A stretch of 64,000 nt of DNA from Octopus bimaculoides (Eukaryota). The stretch spans positions 54,643,639-54,707,638 of the forward strand of contig NC_068995.1 of the NCBI RefSeq assembly GCF_001194135.2. Direction: 5' to 3'. The notes below the pieces were generated by a model. It was not told the DNA's origin. It saw only the letters and a program-made list of their open reading frames with translations, and ran no database searches. Shown in pieces: positions 13,590-27,248 of the stretch. The first letter of the stretch is position 1. The number at the start of each line of letters is the position of its first letter. The translations under genes and the position numbers were made by a program.

Positions 13590-13800
13590 ACTAGGCTATT
13601 TACTGTCGACATCCTCTCAGGTTCATCCATGCTTTAATTTACTTTTATTTTTTTAACTTCTGACCCCATCGTGTCTGTGCTCATTGTCCTGTCTTCTCAA
13701 CAATCTCTCAACAGATTATGAATGACTGTGCTTATGTACTAGATAATTTGTTAGTACTATCTGCCTCTTTACCTGAAGCATATAAGAAATAAAGCATTAA
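13590..13800 (+). mobile_element. Highly degraded LINE reverse-transcriptase remnant (RTE-like)
   Basis: The frame reading MNDCAYVLDNLLVLSASLPEAYK resembles the L.DL.YADD.ALLS....EAQ motif region; interrupted by stops. Confidence 0.3.
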
Positions 13801-15990
13801 CTATGATGGGAGGGACGTACAAGAACATGCAATGAAACGTCCAGTAATATAGACCCTATTCTACAGAGCAGAAATAGAATCGATATCAGCTATTCTTGTC
13901 CGTGATATAGGAATTGTAAGATCAGTTAGAACACAATGATAAATTTTCTGCTCAATCGTGGTTCGGGACCTAAACCTATAAACCAAAATTGATATATCAT
14001 TTCTATACCACAATTTATTAAGATCCTACAATCGTCTTGAAAGAATTGCGGTTCAATAAACGTGTATTTAACTTGTTTTAATTTACACGTTTGATTGAAT
14101 TTATTCAATTTAGATTTGATATAATACATTGATAACTGGTATTAATATTTAGGCAAATGTATATTGCTTGTATGATCAGTATACCCTAGTCTTTGATTAT
14201 GTTAAATATTAAAAGAAATGTAACAGCATAAATTCTAAAATGCATGCATCCAGATAGAAAGCCCATTTTGGTGCTTCTCTTGCAGATATCTCGATGAATA
14301 GCTTTTGGCTTTAACGAATTAGTTTGCTACATTTCTGTTTGATTAAATATTATATTATTTATGGCATTAATGCAAGGATATGGTGATGTCAAACTTCACA
14401 TACACCGTATCAACACGGAGAATGTTGTAAATAACTTTGTGTACGAAAACTCGATCAGATTCTCATTCTTCTAACACACCTGTCTAATTTAAAGTGATAG
14501 TTAAGCCTTAGGCACCATATTTAGAATAGACGCAATCTCGAAGAGATTGCAATAACGATTGAGTATTAACAATTTCTTGCAGAAAATCAATAATACTGCT
14601 GTAGTCTTAAAATTAGTTAAAATATTTTCGATTCAGAAGAAATATGTTTGCTTGGAAGTGCAGTAGCGTTTGGTCATACTTCAATTTGTTCCTTTATTTC
14701 CCACTTAAACATAAAATAATCATTTGAAATAATTTCCCGCTTTGTAGCTCTTAGAAAGAACAGCATGACTTTTACTTAAAGATATATATGTCTAATATGC
14801 CATTCTAATTTGTTGCTAGTAGCTAATGTATGCAAATGAAGACGAAGAACACGATAAACTAACACGTCAGACGATTTTCAGAACAAACCTTTTCGAATAT
14901 TGCTTTTCAAAAAGTGATTTCCGGAGCTGCTTTGTGCATGTGAACTGTTTTTCTTAAGTACGGTAGACGAATCACGGGGACCTTAATAATTGAAGTGACT
15001 GCAGTGCTAATATAGAAATGTTTTACATCCAGCCGTATTAAATACAGAAACAATCCTACTTGTATTAAATATGAAATCATATTAGAGTCATATTCACAGA
15101 CGTATATATGTGTATGTGTGTGTACTTACGTATCTACAAAAAGATTTCTTGATGAGTTAAACAAATGAATGATGAAATGATTGAGTTAATGATTTAAAGA
15201 AATCAGACTTGTCTGTTGTTCTTTTGTTGTTTTCTTACTAATGTCAGTTCGAAATATTCGGCCATGTTGGTGCACCGCCGTTATGAATAATAATATTTCA
15301 GGTCTTGTAAGATTATGTCTGCAATAACGACTGTAATCATTACATTTTATCGGTTTGATGGTGTGGAACAGTTCAAGGCCAAAACAGCAGCTAATATTGC
15401 ATGAATTTGCTGACTTTTCAAAAGAAAAACAAAGACACCAATACACATGTATGCTCAAGCTACTGTGCTACATATATGCTTCGAAACATAAAACATAAAA
15501 TGGAAGAGACATGACAATAAATAAGTACCACTTGTAAAGATTAAAACAGGAATGAGTTAGTGTAATTCGGTGCATACATTTTTGTAGGTTAGAGAGGAAG
15601 ACAATTTATTTCATACGAGGTTTGGGGTCGGCGAGAGAAACACTTTCATAGTCGCTGTACCTATACAAGTTGGAACATTTCTAGAACATTGAATATATTG
15701 AGAGAACAGGGTGCGAATGCAGACACGATTATATATACGATTAAAGATAGCAAGGTTCTCTGCAAATTACTTCTTGTATGGATAAATTCTCTTTCAAGTT
15801 ATTGCTCTCGATTATGTTAGAATTAATATTACTTCAAGACTTACAAAGTAGGCAATAAAAATGTTTGCCATATTTTTATATGTAAAACAAACACATATTT
15901 ATAAAAAAATTATATAAATACATATCTATATACGCGTGTGGTTGTGTATGTGTGTACAGAAAAATATATTCAATATATATATAGGTTTCA

Positions 15991-16330
15991 ATTTTACTTG
16001 TTTTAATCATTAGACTCCGGCCATGCTGGAGTAACACCTTTTAGTATTTTTGTAGTCCGAATCGACACCAGCATTTCTTTATTATTTTAAAGCCTTGTAC
16101 TTACTCTAAAGGGCTCTTCAATCGAATCACTGTCAAGAAGAGGTCGGAGAAAAGCTCAGGCACAAAAATGTACAGACATATATATTATATACGTCAGGCT
16201 TCTTTCAGTTTCCGCCTACCAAATCAACTCACAAAGATTTGTTCAGCCCAATGTTGTAGCAGAAAATCACTTGCCGAATTAGACACGCTGTGGCACTGAA
16301 CTTGCAGGTTTGTGGATTGGAAGCAATGCC
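15991..16330 (-). mobile_element. SINE family B, diverged
   Basis: GGCCATGCTGGAG..., TTCTTTCAGTTTCCGCCTACCAAATC and CACTTGCC motifs of family B. Confidence 0.7.
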
Positions 16331-16564
16331 CAAATACTGGATGAGGGCGTGCAGTACGGTTTCGACACTAATAATAATAATAATAATAATTTCCATTATT
16401 TGCCACTAGGCCGATTAATGGTGGGTCAAACACACATGCACATAAATTGTGGATGTTTACATATAATAATGAAATGATTTAAAAAAACGTGAGTGTACAC
16501 GGTATACACTGGAAACGAAGGGACATATGCGTAGCATACCAAGGTAAAAAAAAAAATAATTAAT

Positions 16565-16755
16565 TGACTAATAATAATAATGATAATAATAATACAAATG
16601 ATAATAAAATGACAAAAATAATAAGCAATATTAGTAATAACAACAATTATAGTTATAATTTTAAATCATGTTTGTGTTTTACATGTTACAAGGCTTCAAA
16701 TCATACTACACTTCTTCTTCTTCTTCTTCTTGTTTTTGTTTTGATATTTTTGTTG

Positions 16756-16786
<31 letters not shown>

Positions 16787-16805
16787 CATCATTAGTATTA
16801 CTATT
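16565..16805. repeat. (AAT)n/(TTC)n/(ATT)n trinucleotide repeat cluster
   Basis: Direct reading; explains the 16564-16938 ORF. Confidence 0.9.
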
Positions 16806-18104
16806 ATTCGACTCTTTCGAGTGTAGCGATAACGATCAATGCACGCGAAGTGACAATATATCACAGTTGATTCAATTTGAGGTGATTCCGTCTCTGCAAA
16901 TGATATCAGTTTACGTCGTAACAACAAGCAAAGAATGACGAACTGAGCAGACGCTGGGAAAAGACGCACAAATTGATTCACTTTCCTCATTTACGTCATG
17001 TGCTGAAATCTCAAAGGGTTCTTATTTTCTCTTTCATCTCTAAAGGCCTAGTGGCACATCAAATCCAATTTATTTTAAGGTTTTATACGTCGCGTAAGAT
17101 GAAATTTCGTTTCAGCCCTCTCAGCATTCGCGAAGAGATATAAAAAAAAATAAATAACGGTATGAACATAACGGATAGCATCTAGTCGATACTATCCTTC
17201 ATGTCTTAGAAAACTGGAATGATTATCATTGTCATCTGCTACATTAATAAAATTAATGCCATTAACATCTGCAGCAATTATCAGTACATTACATTTCACA
17301 GGAGCCCAACAATTATCAGAAGCTGTTTTCTGCCTATTCTCACCCCAGTCACTGACCCTCACATTAATTATGCTTCTAAACTTTCTCTGAATTCTATCTC
17401 ATATCTCTTCATTTCCTTTTGATTTTCTATAAAATTTCTACTCCCATTAATTTCCCGTATCACAACATGTCCTCTTAAAGATGGTCACTCTTGTTTCCTA
17501 TAAACCGCTCCTACACCTCGTCGCTGAAAAGCTGGCGACATGTTAAAATGGCATCTCATATCTGCAGGGTTACAAAGTTTGAGTTTCCTTGAATACTGTA
17601 TTCAAATTGGTTCGTACGTTTTGATAAATACGAATGAATTATCAGCAGCGTTTCTTGTTGTGAACATGTTTCATCAGAAATTACATATTATACTCTAAGC
17701 ACGGACTTGTTTCTTCAAAAGTGACTACTTTCTATTCCGTGTGTCCAAGATAAGAAAAAAAATCCATATGTTGATTTAGGTGGGTCTCATCAACATGAGA
17801 CCCAACTAAAGCACCGGGTTTTATTTTTTCCGGTTAATTTAAATTCAGAATATAGTGTTTGTTTTAGGGCAAAAGAAAAATGGAAATCAAATGATAGCTT
17901 GCACGTGTTTTGAAAGTAATCTAATTGGAGAATATATTGTTTAATTGCATTTATTCGGAAGTAAAACGATTAGTATTTCATGTCTACAGGAATCAGGAAT
18001 CAAGTATAGAGTTTTATTCTACTGCACTAGACAGAATTCCTCTTTCTATCAGATCTTCACTGATTTCATATCGATACAAAGAGACATGATTAAACATCAT
18101 TGTA

Positions 18105-18332
18105 TTGGGTTGTCCGGAAAGTTCGTGCCGATTTATGGTAGCTTATCTTTCGACTTATTTGCCATGAAACCACCTCAATTCTGGGAAGATGGCATTTTCA
18201 AGTTAAAGTAAAGATGGAGACGCATTTTGCAACAAAATGGTTCATATTTGGTTGATTAAACATGTAATGGCAAGTATTTGCTGACCTTTTTCTGTCCTTT
18301 AAAAATCGGCACGAACTTTCTGAACAACCCAA
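18105..18332 (+). mobile_element. Tc1/mariner-derived MITE (internally deleted mariner)
   Basis: 30-bp TIRs TTGGGTTGTCCGGAAAGTTCGTGCCGATTT / AAATCGGCACGAACTTTCTGAACAACCCAA (2 mismatches), TA target-site duplications at 18103-18104 and 18333-18334. The interior encodes FAMKPPQFWEDGIFKLK*RWRRILQQNGSYLVD, resembling a mariner transposase C-terminus. Confidence 0.9.
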
Positions 18333-20529
18333 TATTTTATTTCATTATTTGTGGTGTTTCAAGTATTATGTTAAAATATACGTGTGGCATTATAACTTAG
18401 TTTTAAATAACGGAGATGCATTACCGTTGTTTTACTCATTTTCCCTGGCGACTATCTCCTAGCGCGCCAAGCACAACCTCTTATAACTCCTATTCAAGGC
18501 CTAATGAAAGCCCACATTTTACGATGCGAAAACTCGAATGCTTGTACGCTGTAAATTCTTGTAAATGCTCAGGACTAAGCAGTTTACTGTATTTTTTGAA
18601 AGACTACACTTTTGCATGCATTGAGCCATATCCAGTTTCACCGTTGGAACGCCAATTTTTAAAAAATATTTCCGTTTACTTTTTGACACAATGTGCGTGT
18701 GCAAATATATATTTCTTTTCATGCTGTAGTAATTGTTATTCTTTAGAAAAACCATCACCCGTATCTCGTATTTCAAAACTTAATAAAAATACATATGATA
18801 ATCATTTTTATTTCAATTGTTGTGTTTTGCGTGTTTGTGCATTTAATATTCTTAATTTTCTATATGTTTCTTTGCAATCGTGTTCTTTATTAGATTAGAA
18901 GTTCTATTCTGTTAGTGTTGTTGACACCGTTTTCTCCATGTGTCCACATCATAATTATGTTTAACAAAACAGAAATTTAAACATTCGTTCTGTACAGGGA
19001 AATTTGCTTCTAATTTCCAATACGGTTCTTTTGTATGCAAATCTAAAAAGGAACAACATTTAATCGACAGAAACGCGGTAACAATCCAAACTTTTAGAAC
19101 AAGCGACAATACGGTTGTTTAGACAAGGAACAACAACTACAATAAGAAGAGCAGCAATAACAATAATACTTTTTTCATTCTATCGTTTGTGTTATTCTAT
19201 CGTTCTAATTTATGCCAGATCATTTGTCCTAAGTCTCTAAGACTAGTTAAATATGCCACCATTTTTAATAGAACATTGGAAGTAAAATAAACAACTGTTA
19301 AAGAAATCGATAAACAGTTCAATAAATAGAAACTAAAATCGAGATTCAATCAATTCCACTGATTAATTGAACTCATTTTTTTCTCTTCGCTACACTAAAC
19401 CTTCTGCCATGCCCATTGCAGATATTTTGTCTAATTCTGTCAACATGAATTTCCATTGATTTCACATGTTCTGACTAAACCTGCACGCTTAGAGATTAGA
19501 GAAATCCATAATTAAATTAAACTGAGACGCACTTCAATAGATCCGCTTTTCAGACCTGCTGTATACGTGATCATGTTTCTGGTAGGAGAAATGATACGGT
19601 TGGGCAGTTTCTGTATTGATTTCTCTTTAAAATCAGAAAGTTTCAATCAGAATCAGAAGCCAGACTGTTAAAAATAACCGGAATTATTTACTAGCGAAAG
19701 CAGAATGATATTGAATATTGTAAAACAAGACCACTGTGTGAAGTGGTATGTTTTACATACACATATCTTTAATTTTTTGTTTTCTTTATACACCAGAGGA
19801 GAGAGATTGAATTGATATTTATACTAAAAACAAGGAACAGAGTACATGGTAATAGATAACAATGGACACCGAAGAAGAATATTCCGGTTTCGAATGACAA
19901 GTTTGTAGCATTACTTTTCAAATAAGCCGATATCTTTAAAGACAAAATATATATGAATATCTCAGCCGTTTATGTAACCATCAGGAATTCTACATCACAT
20001 TTATTGAAAACAGAAAAATTGCAATACTCAATAGAAGGGCGAATGTTAATCGATTACATTTACCCATGTAATAATTATCACTGCCATTGACTCCACTTTC
20101 AGTTAATAACTCCAATAACATAAACACCAGACATTGTAAAATGCTATGAAGAATTTCTTTTAACAGACCTAAGCCATCTTATAACAGTATAAAACATTTT
20201 ATGCATTTCAGTAAGAGCACGTAATAAAATTACGAGTACCTGCTGTAGTAATTATTACGGAAGTTTACTGAAACATACACACGGTAATCAACTAGGGTAA
20301 GTTTCGGAATGAACCGAACATATTACAGTACTCTCTTAGAGGTCTTATAAATTTGATTTATCAGCTTAACTCTTATATACGTATGATCATGTGTAACTTA
20401 AAACATGTAGAATAGCATTGTAAAATCGGACCTTCACTCGATTGAAAGTTTTAGCTTGGATTGAAATGAAAGTACTACTAATGCTATACACCAGCTAAAT
20501 AGCGGATTTTTGCATGTTGTTATATATAT

Positions 20530-20739
20530 ATGCTTTTCTACTCTAGGCACAAGTCTGAAATGTTTGAGGAGGGGGCGAGTCGATCAGGTCGACCCTCAGT
20601 ATGCAACTGGTACTTAATGTATCGATCTCCTAAAGGATGAAAGGCAAAGTCGACGTCAGCGGAATTTCAACTCAGAACATAAAGACAAATGTTAAGCAAT
20701 TCGCTCGGCGTGTTAACGTTTCTGCCAGCTCGCGGCCTT
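20530..20739 (-). mobile_element. tRNA-derived SINE, family A
   Basis: Colinear with the 38039-38257 copy; flanking ATGTTGTTAT direct repeat at 20514-20523 and 20740-20749. Confidence 0.85.
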
Positions 20740-22242
20740 ATGTTGTTATGTATATGAAAGCATCAAGGATCATACATGAAATGCATGAGAGACAACGTTG
20801 ACATGATTGTACAGACTGCAATTAGATTCTTTTCATTATATAAATCTAGGGTTGGATGCTAAAACAAAATAACCTGCATAGGAACCTTTCATAGACGTTT
20901 GATAGAAAGCCCCTTTAAATCTACATGAAGTACACAGCTGAACAATGCATAAATCAATGATTATATACATATGGGTCATTCTATTATTGCCATTGAAATC
21001 AAATCCTGCATTATTAATACAATACATTCAAGGACTCAGCGGAACAAGGGTATGTAAAGCGATGACACAAACATTAATTAATTTAATATAAATTATCGTT
21101 CATCAGTACAAGACAAATTAATGTTGCACTTTATTATGCTGGGTATGAAGTGATTATTGGCCGTAGTCTAGCGGATGAAAAACTAATTAATTAAACCGAC
21201 AATATAAAAAAATTGCCAAGGATTTAAAAGTTATTCAGACATGAAGAAATGTAAATATCTCAAAATATATCAGCTTATCGACGATTTTTGGTAAAATTGT
21301 TAGGATCAAAATTAAATATCTTCAAATTATTTCTGCTGCTCAACTTTCAATGTAATATATCAACGCCATTACTTTCCGCTATTTTTATGTACGTTTCCTA
21401 GGCAATGCAGTGACTATGATTCTTGGATGAAATCTATAAATGTCGAATACCAGTTCGTTGCTTTCAATCTAGAAGGAGATATCAATTTATAATAGGCATT
21501 CTCAATATTTTCCGAAACTTTGGGTTAACGGATATGAGATTTAATAGTTTAACTACTTATGTTGAAACAAACTCACAAGGTGATATCAGCACTATTACAA
21601 ATCTTCCTTAATTGTCTGTTATAATTGGCAAAAATTGGTATGAATATGTGAGTGTATTTTTGTGTTTCCAAATCTATATACACGAACAAGCATAAATGAG
21701 AATGCAATGTGCCACCTGAATCAATCTATTGTTTTCTGCTTGTCATCAACCAGAGTAAGTTCCCTGAGGACATATACACTATAATTTCTTTCTGTGAACA
21801 TCATCATGAAAAAACAAGAAATGTTGCGTCGATGATTCCAGAATATCATCTTCACTAATATATTTAGTGTATAGCAATTATTGTACTAAATATTTATCTT
21901 TTTTTGTTCATTATGAAAGACACACATCTACCGAGAAGCTATTAAAATGAGACCAATTATGTTTAAATATGGCCGTAAAGATTCCTTATACTATGGAACA
22001 TATTACGTTCTATATTTGCAGTGATATTCCGAAAATTTTCCGTTTACGGTATATGCCACACTATACACACACACACACACACACACATACACATTTCATC
22101 ATGTTGGAGCGTTAAACACTACATATTTTTTCTCACGTTCTTTTTTCCTCTCAATCCCGTCTATTTCCAATTATTCCCGATCGTTAAGGCAATACACCTC
22201 CTTGTTCCTTCACCAGTTTTAGTCTTCTGTAAATTTGAACTG

Positions 22243-22299
<57 letters not shown>

Positions 22300-22315
22300 A
22301 TATCTATATGTATAT

Positions 22316-22447
22316 TATTTTATTTATTTCAGTCATTTGACTGCGGCCATGCTGGAGCACCGTCTTTTGTCGAACAAATCTACCGCAGGTCTTATTCATT
22401 GTAAGCCTAGTACTTATTTTATCGACCTCTTTTTGTCGAACCTCTAA
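22316..22447 (-). mobile_element. SINE family B, 3' part (runs into an N gap)
   Basis: TTTCAGTCATTTGACTGCGGCCATGCTGGAGCACCG...AAGCCTAGTACTTATT. Confidence 0.8.
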
Positions 22448-23333
22448 NNNNNNNNNNNNNNNNNNNNNNNNNNNNNNNNNNNNNNNNNNNNNNNNNNNNN
22501 NNNNNNNNNNNNNNNNNNNNNNNNNNNNNNNNNNNNNNNNNNNNNNNNNNNNNNNNNNNNNNNNNNNNNNNNNNNNNNNNNNNNNNNNNNNNNNNNNNNN
22601 NNNNNNNNNNNNNNNNNNNNNNNNNNNNNNNNNNNNNNNNNNNNNNNNNNNNNNNNNNNNNNNNNNNNNNNNNNNNNNNNNNNNNNNNNNNNNNNNNNNN
22701 NNNNNNNNNNNNNNNNNNNNNNNNNNNNNNNNNNNNNNNNNNNNNNNNNNNNNNNNNNNNNNNNNNNNNNNNNNNNNNNNNNNNNNNNNNNNNNNNNNNN
22801 NNNNNNNNNNNNNNNNNNNNNNNNNNNNNNNNNNNNNNNNNNNNNNNNNNNNNNNNNNNNNNNNNNNNNNNNNNNNNNNNNNNNNNNNNNNNNNNNNNNN
22901 NNNNNNNNNNNNNNNNNNNNNNNNNNNNNNNNNNNNNNNNNNNNNNNNNNNNNNNNNNNNNNNNNNNNNNNNNNNNNNNNNNNNNNNNNNNNNNNNNNNN
23001 NNNNNNNNNNNNNNNNNNNNNNNNNNNNNNNNNNNNNNNNNNNNNNNNNNNNNNNNNNNNNNNNNNNNNNNNNNNNNNNNNNNNNNNNNNNNNNNNNNNN
23101 NNNNNNNNNNNNNNNNNNNNNNNNNNNNNNNNNNNNNNNNNNNNNNNNNNNNNNNNNNNNNNNNNNNNNNNNNNNNNNNNNNNNNNNNNNNNNNNNNNNN
23201 NNNNNNNNNNNNNNNNNNNNNNNNNNNNNNNNNNNNNNNNNNNNNNNNNNNNNNNNNNNNNNNNNNNNNNNNNNNNNNNNNNNNNNNNNNNNNNNNNNNN
23301 NNNNNNNNNNNNNNNNNNNNNNNNNNNNNNNNN
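22448..23333. other. Assembly gap (N). Other large gaps: 4058-4530, 51465-52004, 53490-54467
   Basis: N runs, typically flanked by (TA)n; exons could be hidden in them. Confidence 0.99.
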
Positions 23334-23365
<32 letters not shown>

Positions 23366-25157
23366 AATACATATATTAATGTATATATGTATATACATAC
23401 ATACATATGAATATATATAGAAAGATATTTACACAGAAACACGCTTACATAATTACACACACAATCACAGATGTGCACGTGGACACTTTCTCTCGCTCAT
23501 ACGCACCACACACATATGTTTTTTTAGGGAACAGAGGTGCAATTGTTCTATAAGGACATTCCAAGACTTTGTTTCGAAGTTCCCTATAACGATATTTCAA
23601 AGTTCATTCAACATAAAAGAGTCGTACTTCAGGCTTTATTCCGATAGAGCTTAAGAAAATAATATAAATGAGTGAAGAGTAATGCATAAAATACGCGGTA
23701 TAATATATGGTCGCAAATTTAGTTTTTTAGTGTGACAGGAGCCATTTAAATGTAATGAAGTGTATGTATTTTTTAATTGCCAAATGGGCTGATACCTAAC
23801 AGGAGTGAATATAAAATATTGATAATTGGAATATTTGTTTGAAGTAACGTTTGATGTAAGTTAATTAAATAATGAAGCTTCAAAGTTTATCTTGTTTATT
23901 AATGAGAATAGTTAAGTGCACACTGAATAATTCGCAAAGAAGTTTGATTTTATTTGTAATAAACATTGAAACAGTTTAATGGACAAACATGAAAGGAAAT
24001 TTTATACGCTATAGTATTGTCCATGTATGAAGGCATACACTAAAGATTTCTATCAAGGAAGTTTTCTTTTTTAATACACCCAGTTTTATGTATAATATAT
24101 TTACTCTATAAGAATCTTTTCTTTCCGCAGCAGATTTTTCTACTTTTATTTCGTGTGACTTTCCTTCACGGAAAGTCTTTAATTTATGGTCAGAAACGAA
24201 AAGCAATTTATTGAATGTCAACCATAGAGCGTTAGATTTGTGCGTGAAAATGTACAGGAAAATGAAATGGTTGACCTAAGAATCTAAAACCCTTTGAATT
24301 CCTAAGAGCCTTTAAGTATGTAATAGGGAAGAATACACAAATATTCCTTCTTCATTGATTCCTTTTATAATATCTCACATTATAATGTTAGCGTGATACC
24401 TTTTATAGTCACTGAATATATATGAACTACTAGAGTTTATAGTTTTATTGCCTGTAATTTATATCGGAGAATTATATGAATAAATATATTACCTTCATAT
24501 ATAAAAGGTTGCAGGAGTAGTAAATCTGTATAAAATATAGGTAGGAAATAATGAAGCCTTTTATAATAGCGATCATAAGCCGGAGTTATGCATAAGCATT
24601 TTCTAGAGTTCTGATGTTCTTCATACCTACCACATGAAACTCACATTTGCATGATTGATTTACAGTAGCTGTTTGCATTCCAAATTACAAAATAACAGTT
24701 TGATCTTCATGTGCAAAATCTATAAGCGATTTTATCTCGAATTCTAAATTCTATAACTCTATAACAAACAGAAATATTTCGCTTCATATAATTTTATAAA
24801 ATCTAACCAATCGTACTATTGTTAATGATAAAACTAAAAAAAAAACACAAAAAAAAAACTCTCTCCAGTCAAAATTTGTTTTATTTTTAATCTTCAATTA
24901 AGCTGAGCTCTTACGCAGATCGGTGCAAATGTAATGAGGCGCAAAGTTACTTATGTGTATATCCTGTACCGCTTATAGACATCTTTTAGTAGTCATTTGA
25001 AGCATAATAAAATAAAGTGCAAAACTATGTCGAGATTATTGGAAACTTTAAAGTGTACTCGATTTTAATGAGTGCAATGTGTGAAGTGCCTGTCGTAAGT
25101 TCGATTTATTCTTTATAAATGATATACAAGAGACTTGAATCACGTATTTCAACTTAC

Positions 25158-25258
25158 ATCACAATGAGCAATCATAAGATAAAATTGAAGCGCAAAAGTA
25201 TGATATTGGGGTGACATAATATAATCCATTAGTGACATAATTCGCATGAATGAATTAG
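25158..25258 (-). CDS. Candidate internal exon (phase 1 to 0): xNSFMRIMSLMDYIMSPQYHTFALQFYLMIAHCD
   Basis: Strong acceptor TATTCTGTCTTTGTTTTCAG| and donor GAT|GTAAGT; one of three frames is open across 101 nt; no recognisable domain. Confidence 0.25.
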
Positions 25259-25604
25259 CTGAAAACAAAGACAGAATATATGACAAATATGTCATATCAG
25301 GAAGATTTAAACTGTTTAAAGTATAGCAAAAAACGTATACGAACGGCCACATAGTTTCAACCATTTGCAGTTATGATGACCATGAAGTTCCGTACAAATT
25401 TATACTGTAAATTCATGAGTTTCCACATGCCTAGATATGTTTAAGCTTATATGTATCAATATATAGAAATGTATGCCCATTCAGTTATATGTATACATGT
25501 ATATATTCAAGTACATATATACGTATACATATACACTTATATACATGCAGATATACGCACCTCAGCTGAAAGGTGTGTGTATATATATGCGTGTGTGCGT
25601 GTGT

Positions 25605-25740
25605 GTTCGACAAAGGAAACCAATAGAATAAGTACTGAGCTGATATAAAATAAGTCATGGGGGTCGATTTATTGGACTAAAGGCGGTGCTCCATCATGGC
25701 CGCAGTCAAATGACTGAAAGAAGTAAAATAATAAATATAC
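25605..25740 (+). mobile_element. SINE family B, 3' part
   Basis: ATAGAATAAGTACT...GACTAAAGGCGGTGCTCCATCATGGCCGCAGTCAAATGACTGAAA. Confidence 0.8.
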
Positions 25741-25779
25741 ATACATACATTCCAATACATTCCAATACATACAATCGTT

Positions 25780-25836
<57 letters not shown>

Positions 25837-27216
25837 GTATGTATGTATTTGTGTGTGTGTGTTTTCTTTTTATTCATCTATCGTTTCATCTAATCTTTAT
25901 CTCTATGTCTGTGATACGTTCAAGCATGACATCTATATCCTGGCGATATAACTGCAGTATCACAGTAAGCAATATTTGAGTAAGGCCGATATTACATTTG
26001 GCTTTCACCACCTTATGGGAGGCAATAAATGTTTTTTTCTGCCAGTTCTGTACTAGAATCGATTTATGTCCTTGCTGTTGTATGCCCGTGTCTTTCTACA
26101 CGTGAAATTGAATCTCTTTAGACATGGAGTGTGATGGTCACTGACATGCATAAAAATGAAGAAAACATAATTTAGTGACGACAACCCACTATTAACTGGG
26201 ATCTCAAAGAATGACAATGTGTATATGCTAAACAGATTTAGATAGTTTGTATTAAAAACACCAAGACTGAAAATAGTTATCTACTATATCTACATAGATT
26301 TACATATATACTTTACATTGCAGTTTATATGGACAATGATGTTCCTGAATGTGTGATCAGCATTGTTGCGTTCATCAGGGTAAGTTTTACATGATGCGAT
26401 GTGTATTGTATATCAAATAGATAATGCAAAATCAATTTGGCTAATGTAGATATAAGCGCTAGAGTATCGATGTTGAGCGTTGTTCATATTCATCAGCACT
26501 CAATCAGATAAGACATGTTACGCGATGACAAGTGAGGAAAACCTTCCTAATTTCATATAAATCAACTGTTTAGAAATCCAAATTAGGATGATTATACTAA
26601 GAGCAATCATTTTTGTCCCCGTTTATTATTCGTAGGAAAACAACCCGCCAGCGTCATTTTTCTCCAGGCGTTCAGGCAATGAAGATCTAAAGACGTACAT
26701 AATTGATTTAATAATTTAGCGTACCACATAAATGCAAAGATCTCAAAAGAAATATGTAAACATAACCACCAATAAATTAAAACCAAGGCGGTTATTTTGA
26801 CCGTGACTTTAGCCAGTTTTATTTATAACGATTGGTTAGACTCAAGTATGACACGAGACCCAAGTGCCATTTAGAGTATCAAACTCAGGACTATACGATT
26901 ACTGAGCAAACTTGTAAGCCATGGTCCTGAATGTGATACTTTTGGATCAAGATATATAAANNNNNNNNNNNNNNNNNNNNNNNNNNNNNNNNNNNNNNNN
27001 NNNNNNNNNNNNNNNNNNNNNNNNNNNNNNNNNNNNNNNNNNNNNNNNNNNNNNNNNNNNNNNNNNNNNNNNNNNNNNNNNNNNNNNNNNNNNNNNNTAT
27101 ATATATATATATATAATACATATTTATGTGCATATGCATATATATCCCTTCACGAGTTTTGTCTGGAGACGTGCGGTCGTGCTGGGAGAGGAGGCAAGTA
27201 CACAGACACACAATTA

Positions 27217-27248
<32 letters not shown>

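Noticed and set aside
17290-17500. Possible LINE endonuclease remnant (CWAP...LIIAADVNG) on the minus strand
   Set aside because: Too degenerate to support as a feature.
18416-18898. 160-aa plus-strand ORF
   Set aside because: No domain similarity, Cys/Phe/Tyr composition typical of AT-rich non-coding DNA, no splice support.
20836-21027. INNAG motif resembling short-chain dehydrogenases
   Set aside because: Isolated 5-residue match without other SDR motifs or a good donor.
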